A stretch of 64,000 nt of DNA from Mobula birostris (Eukaryota): contig NC_092374.1 in assembly GCF_030028105.1 (NCBI RefSeq), positions 7,277,334 to 7,341,333 of the forward strand, written 5' to 3'. Each line of letters begins with the position of its first letter. The stretch's first letter is position 1. Both the position numbers and the translations under genes were made by a program. Shown one piece after another: positions 60,441-64,000 of this stretch. Below the pieces are notes generated by a model. That model made no database searches, was not told the origin of the DNA, and saw only the letters and a list, made by a program, of their open reading frames with translations.

Positions 60441-63400
60441 CTGTTAGCGGGAGGACTGTCTCAGCAGTTAACATAACAAAGAAGCCCTTTCAATTATAAC
60501 TTAACAAAGAAGCCATTTTAATTAGACTACGCAGTGACATAAAAAAAATAAACCCCTTACAGGTGTGTCAAGCTTCAGCTCCTTAGGGACCAGGTTAGGG
60601 AACTGGTGATGCATGTCGATGACCTTCGTCTGTTCAGGAAGAGTGAGGAGGTGATACAGGGGAGCTATAGGCAGGTAATCACACCGGGGCCTCGGGAGTT
60701 AGATATGTGGGTAACAGTCAGGAGAGGGAAGGGCAAGAGTCAGATATTAGAGAGTACCCCTGTGACTGTCCCTCTTAACGATAAGTACTCCTGTTTGAGA
60801 ACTGTTGGGGGGACAGCCTACCTGGGGGAAGCAACAGTGGCCACACCTCTGGCACAGAGTCTGGCCCTGTGGCTCAGAGGAGTAGGAAAAGGAAGAGACT
60901 GGCAGCAGTGATAGGGGACTCTATAGTTAGAGAGTCAGACCGGCGACTCTGTGGACGTGAGAAAGAAACACAATGGTAGTTTGCCTCCCAGGTGCCAGGG
61001 TCCAGGATGTTTCAGATCGCGTCCACAATATCCTGCAGTGGGAGGGAGAACAGCCAGAGGTGGTGGTACAGAGCGGGACCAATGACATAGGTAGGAAAAG
61101 GGAAGAGGTCCTGAAAACATACTACAGGGAGTTAGGAAGGAAGTTGAGAAGCAGGATCAAGGGTAGTAATCTCGGGATTACTGCCTGTGCCACGTGACAG
61201 TGAGTATAGGAATACAGTGAGGTGGAGGATAAATGCGTGGCTGAGGGATGGAGCAGGGGGCAGGGATTCAGATTCCTGGATCATTGGGACCTCTTTTGGG
61301 GCAGGTGTGACCCTTTACAAAAAGGACGGGTTGCACTTGAATCCGAGGGGGACCAATATCCTGCTGGGGAGGTTTGCTAAGGCTACTGGGGAGAGTTTAA
61401 ACTAGAATTGTTGAGGGGTGGGAACCAAACTAAAGAGATGGAGGAAGAGGCGGTTGGCTCACAAATAGAGAAAGCTTGGAGACAGTGCGAGAGGGAGGAT
61501 AGGCAGGTGATAGAGAAGGGATGTGCTCAGACCAATGGTTTGAGATCTGTCTATTTAATGCAAAGAGTATCATGAACAAAGCCAATGAGCTTACAGCGTG
61601 AATGAGTACTTGGAGATATGATATTGTGGCCATTACAGAGACTTGGATGGCTCAGGGAAGGAATGGCTTAAAGTGCCAGGTTTTAGATGTTTCAGAAAGG
61701 ACAGGGAGGGAGGCAAAAGAGGTGGGGGTGTGGCACTGTTGATCAGATATAGTATCACCGTCATAGAAAAAGAGGAAGACACGGAGGGATTGTCTACGGA
61801 GTCTCTGTGGGTGGGAGTTAGGAACAGGAAGGGGTCAATAATTCTACTGGGTGTTTTTATAGACCACCCAATAGTAACAGGGACATCAAGGAGCAGACAG
61901 GGAGACAGATTCTGGAAAGGTGTAATAATAACAGGTTTGTCGAGGTGGGAGATTTTAATTTCCCAAATATTGATTGGCAACTCCCGAGAGCAAGGGGTTT
62001 AGATGGGGTGGAGTTTGTTAGGTGTGTTCAGGAAGGTTTTCTGACACAATATGTAGATAAGCCTACAAAAGGAGAGGCTGTACTTGATCTGGTATTGGGA
62101 AATGAACCTGGTCAGGAGTCAGATCTCTCAGTGGGAGAGCATTTTGGAGATAGTGATCACAATTCTATCTCTTTTACCATAGCATTGGAGAGTGGGTAGG
62201 AACAGATAGGTTGGCAAAATATTTAATTGGAGTAAGAGGAAATAGGAAGCAATCAGGCCGAACTTGAAGGTATAAATTGGGAGCAGATGTTCTCAGGGAA
62301 ATGTATGGCAGACATTTGGCAAATGTTTGGGGGATAGTTGCATGGCGTTCTACATAGGTACTCCAGTGAGACAGGGAAAGGATGCTAGCGTACAGGAACC
62401 ATGGTGTACAAAGGCTGTAGAAAATCTTGTCAAGAAGAAAAGAAGAGCTTACAAGAGGTTCAAAAAACTAGGCAATGATAGAGATCCAGAAGATTATAAG
62501 GCTATCAGGAAGGAGTTTAGGAATGAAATTAAGAGAGCCAGAAGGGGCCATGAGAAGGCCTTGGCGAGCAGGATTAAGGACAATCACAAGGCATTCTACA
62601 AGTATGTGAAGAGTAAGAGGATAAGACATGAGAGAATAGGACCAATCAAGTGTGACAGTGGAAAAGTATGTACGGAACCGAAGGATATAGCAGAGATACT
62701 TAATGAATACGTTGCTACAGAAAAGGACCTTGACAATTGTAGGGATGACTTATGGCGGACTGAAAAGCTTGAATATATAGACATTAAGAAATGGAATGTG
62801 CTGGAGCTTTTGGAAAGCATCAAGTTGGATAAGTCACTGGGACCAGACGAGATATACCCCCAGCTCTGTGGGAGGCGAGAGAGGAGATTGCTGAGCCTCT
62901 GGCAATGATCTTTGCATTATAAATGGGAGAGATTCCAGAGGACTGGAGGTTTGCAGATGTTGTTCCCTTATTCATGAAAGGGAGTAGAGATAGCAAAGGA
63001 AATTATAGACCAGTGAGTCTTACTTCAGTGGTTGGAAAGTTGATGGAGAAGATCCTGAGAGGCAGGACTTATGAACATTTGGAGAGGCATAATATGATTA
63101 GGAATAGTCAGCATGGCTTTGTCAAAGGCACGTCATGCCTTGCAAGTCTGATTGAATTTTCTGAGGATGTGACTAGACACATTGATGAAAGTAGAGCAGC
63201 AGACATAGTGTGTATGGATTTCAGCAAGGCATTTGATAAGGTACCCTATGCAAGGCTTATTGAGAAAGTAAGGAGGCATTGGATCCAAGGGGACATTGCT
63301 TTGTGGATCCAGAACTGGCTTGCCCACAGAAGGCAAAGAGTGGTTGTAGACGGGTCATATTCTGCATGGAGGTCAGTCACCAGTGGTGTGCCTCAGGGAT

Positions 63401-64000
63401 CTGTTCTGTGACCCTTACTCTTTGTGATTTTTATAAGTAACCTGGATGGAGAAGTGGAGGGATGGGTTAGTAAATTTGCTGATGACACAAAGGTTGGGGG
63501 TGTTGTGAATAGTGTGGAGGGCTGTTAGAGGTTACAACGGGACATTGATAGGATGCAAAAATGGGCTGAGAAGTGACATATGGAGTTCAACCTAGATAAT
63601 TGTGAGGTGGTTCATTTTGATAGGTCAAATATAATGGCAAGATATAGTATTTATGGTAAGACTCTTGGCAATGTGGAGGATCAGAGGGATCTTGGGGTCC
63701 GAGTCCAGAGGACACTCAAAGCTGCTGCACAGGAGAACTGTGTGGTTAAGAAGACATACAGTGTATTGGCTTATTAAATATGGGATTACTTTGTAGTTAG
63801 TAACAAAGGGTATTTATAATCTGCACGATCCTCTTACGACTAACATCCTGATTATATGTTATATTCCAGAATGATCCCCATGAAGATTGAGTTCAAGAGC
63901 CGAGAGGTAACGTTACTACTATATAGGACTCAGGTCAGACCCCACTTAGAGTACTGTGCTCATTTCTGGTCACCTCACTGCAGAAAGGATGTGGATATTA

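Larger units (their letters stand above)
53654..60561 (-). mobile_element. Gypsy/Ty3 LTR retrotransposon, internally deleted and degenerate
   Basis: TG..CA LTRs at 53654-54335 and 57613-60561 (the latter split by a PLE); exact TSD GGTG (53650-53653, 60562-60565); PNMA-like gag remnant (56917-57543), protease [11 protein letters not shown] remnants [30 protein letters not shown]; purine tract at 54336-54350. Confidence 0.92.
53341..64000 (+). mobile_element. Near full-length CR1 (5'UTR, ORF1, ORF2), degenerate, split by a Gypsy insertion and running off the window
   Basis: ORF1 CTGCQMWEV..HVCNR|CVKLQLLRDQVREL rejoins across the Gypsy TSD; esterase-like GTNDIGRK; ORF2 endonuclease (GDFNFPNIDW) and RT ([23 protein letters not shown]). 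Confidence 0.92.

Overview
Vertebrate genomic DNA dominated by decayed retroelements (CR1, Rex1/L2-like, Penelope-like, Gypsy, one R2-like fragment). The repeat spectrum suggests a cartilaginous fish, probably a ray; this is an inference. Hidden among the repeats on the minus strand is one multi-exon immunoglobulin-superfamily receptor gene, largely invisible in the ORF track. I reconstructed it by hand from GT-AG boundaries and reading phase: V exon 52581-52970, V exon 45333-45722, TM 33516-33605, cytoplasmic exons 32809-32848, 22445-22497, 13977-14030, 11021-11074, 9198-9275, 8378-8455, 7633-7683, and terminal exon 3846-3877. These total 1310 nt and form one open frame of about 436 aa; the leader exon was not found and probably lies beyond 64000. 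The V domain is SIGLEC15/PILR-like but lacks the sialic-acid-binding Arg. No C2 exon was found, the TM is uncharged, and the tail carries six tyrosine motifs. Three separate intragenic duplications each copied a single symmetric phase-1 exon: the V exon, the YDNI exon and the YASI exon. The two V copies differ mainly in the F-G loop and in N-glycan sites. This is a candidate exon-cassette system for diversifying an innate-type immune receptor. The right end is a nested TE stack (CR1 > Gypsy > Penelope and Rex/L2) with readable TSDs. Splicing is predicted, not observed; TE boundaries are approximate unless a TSD is quoted.
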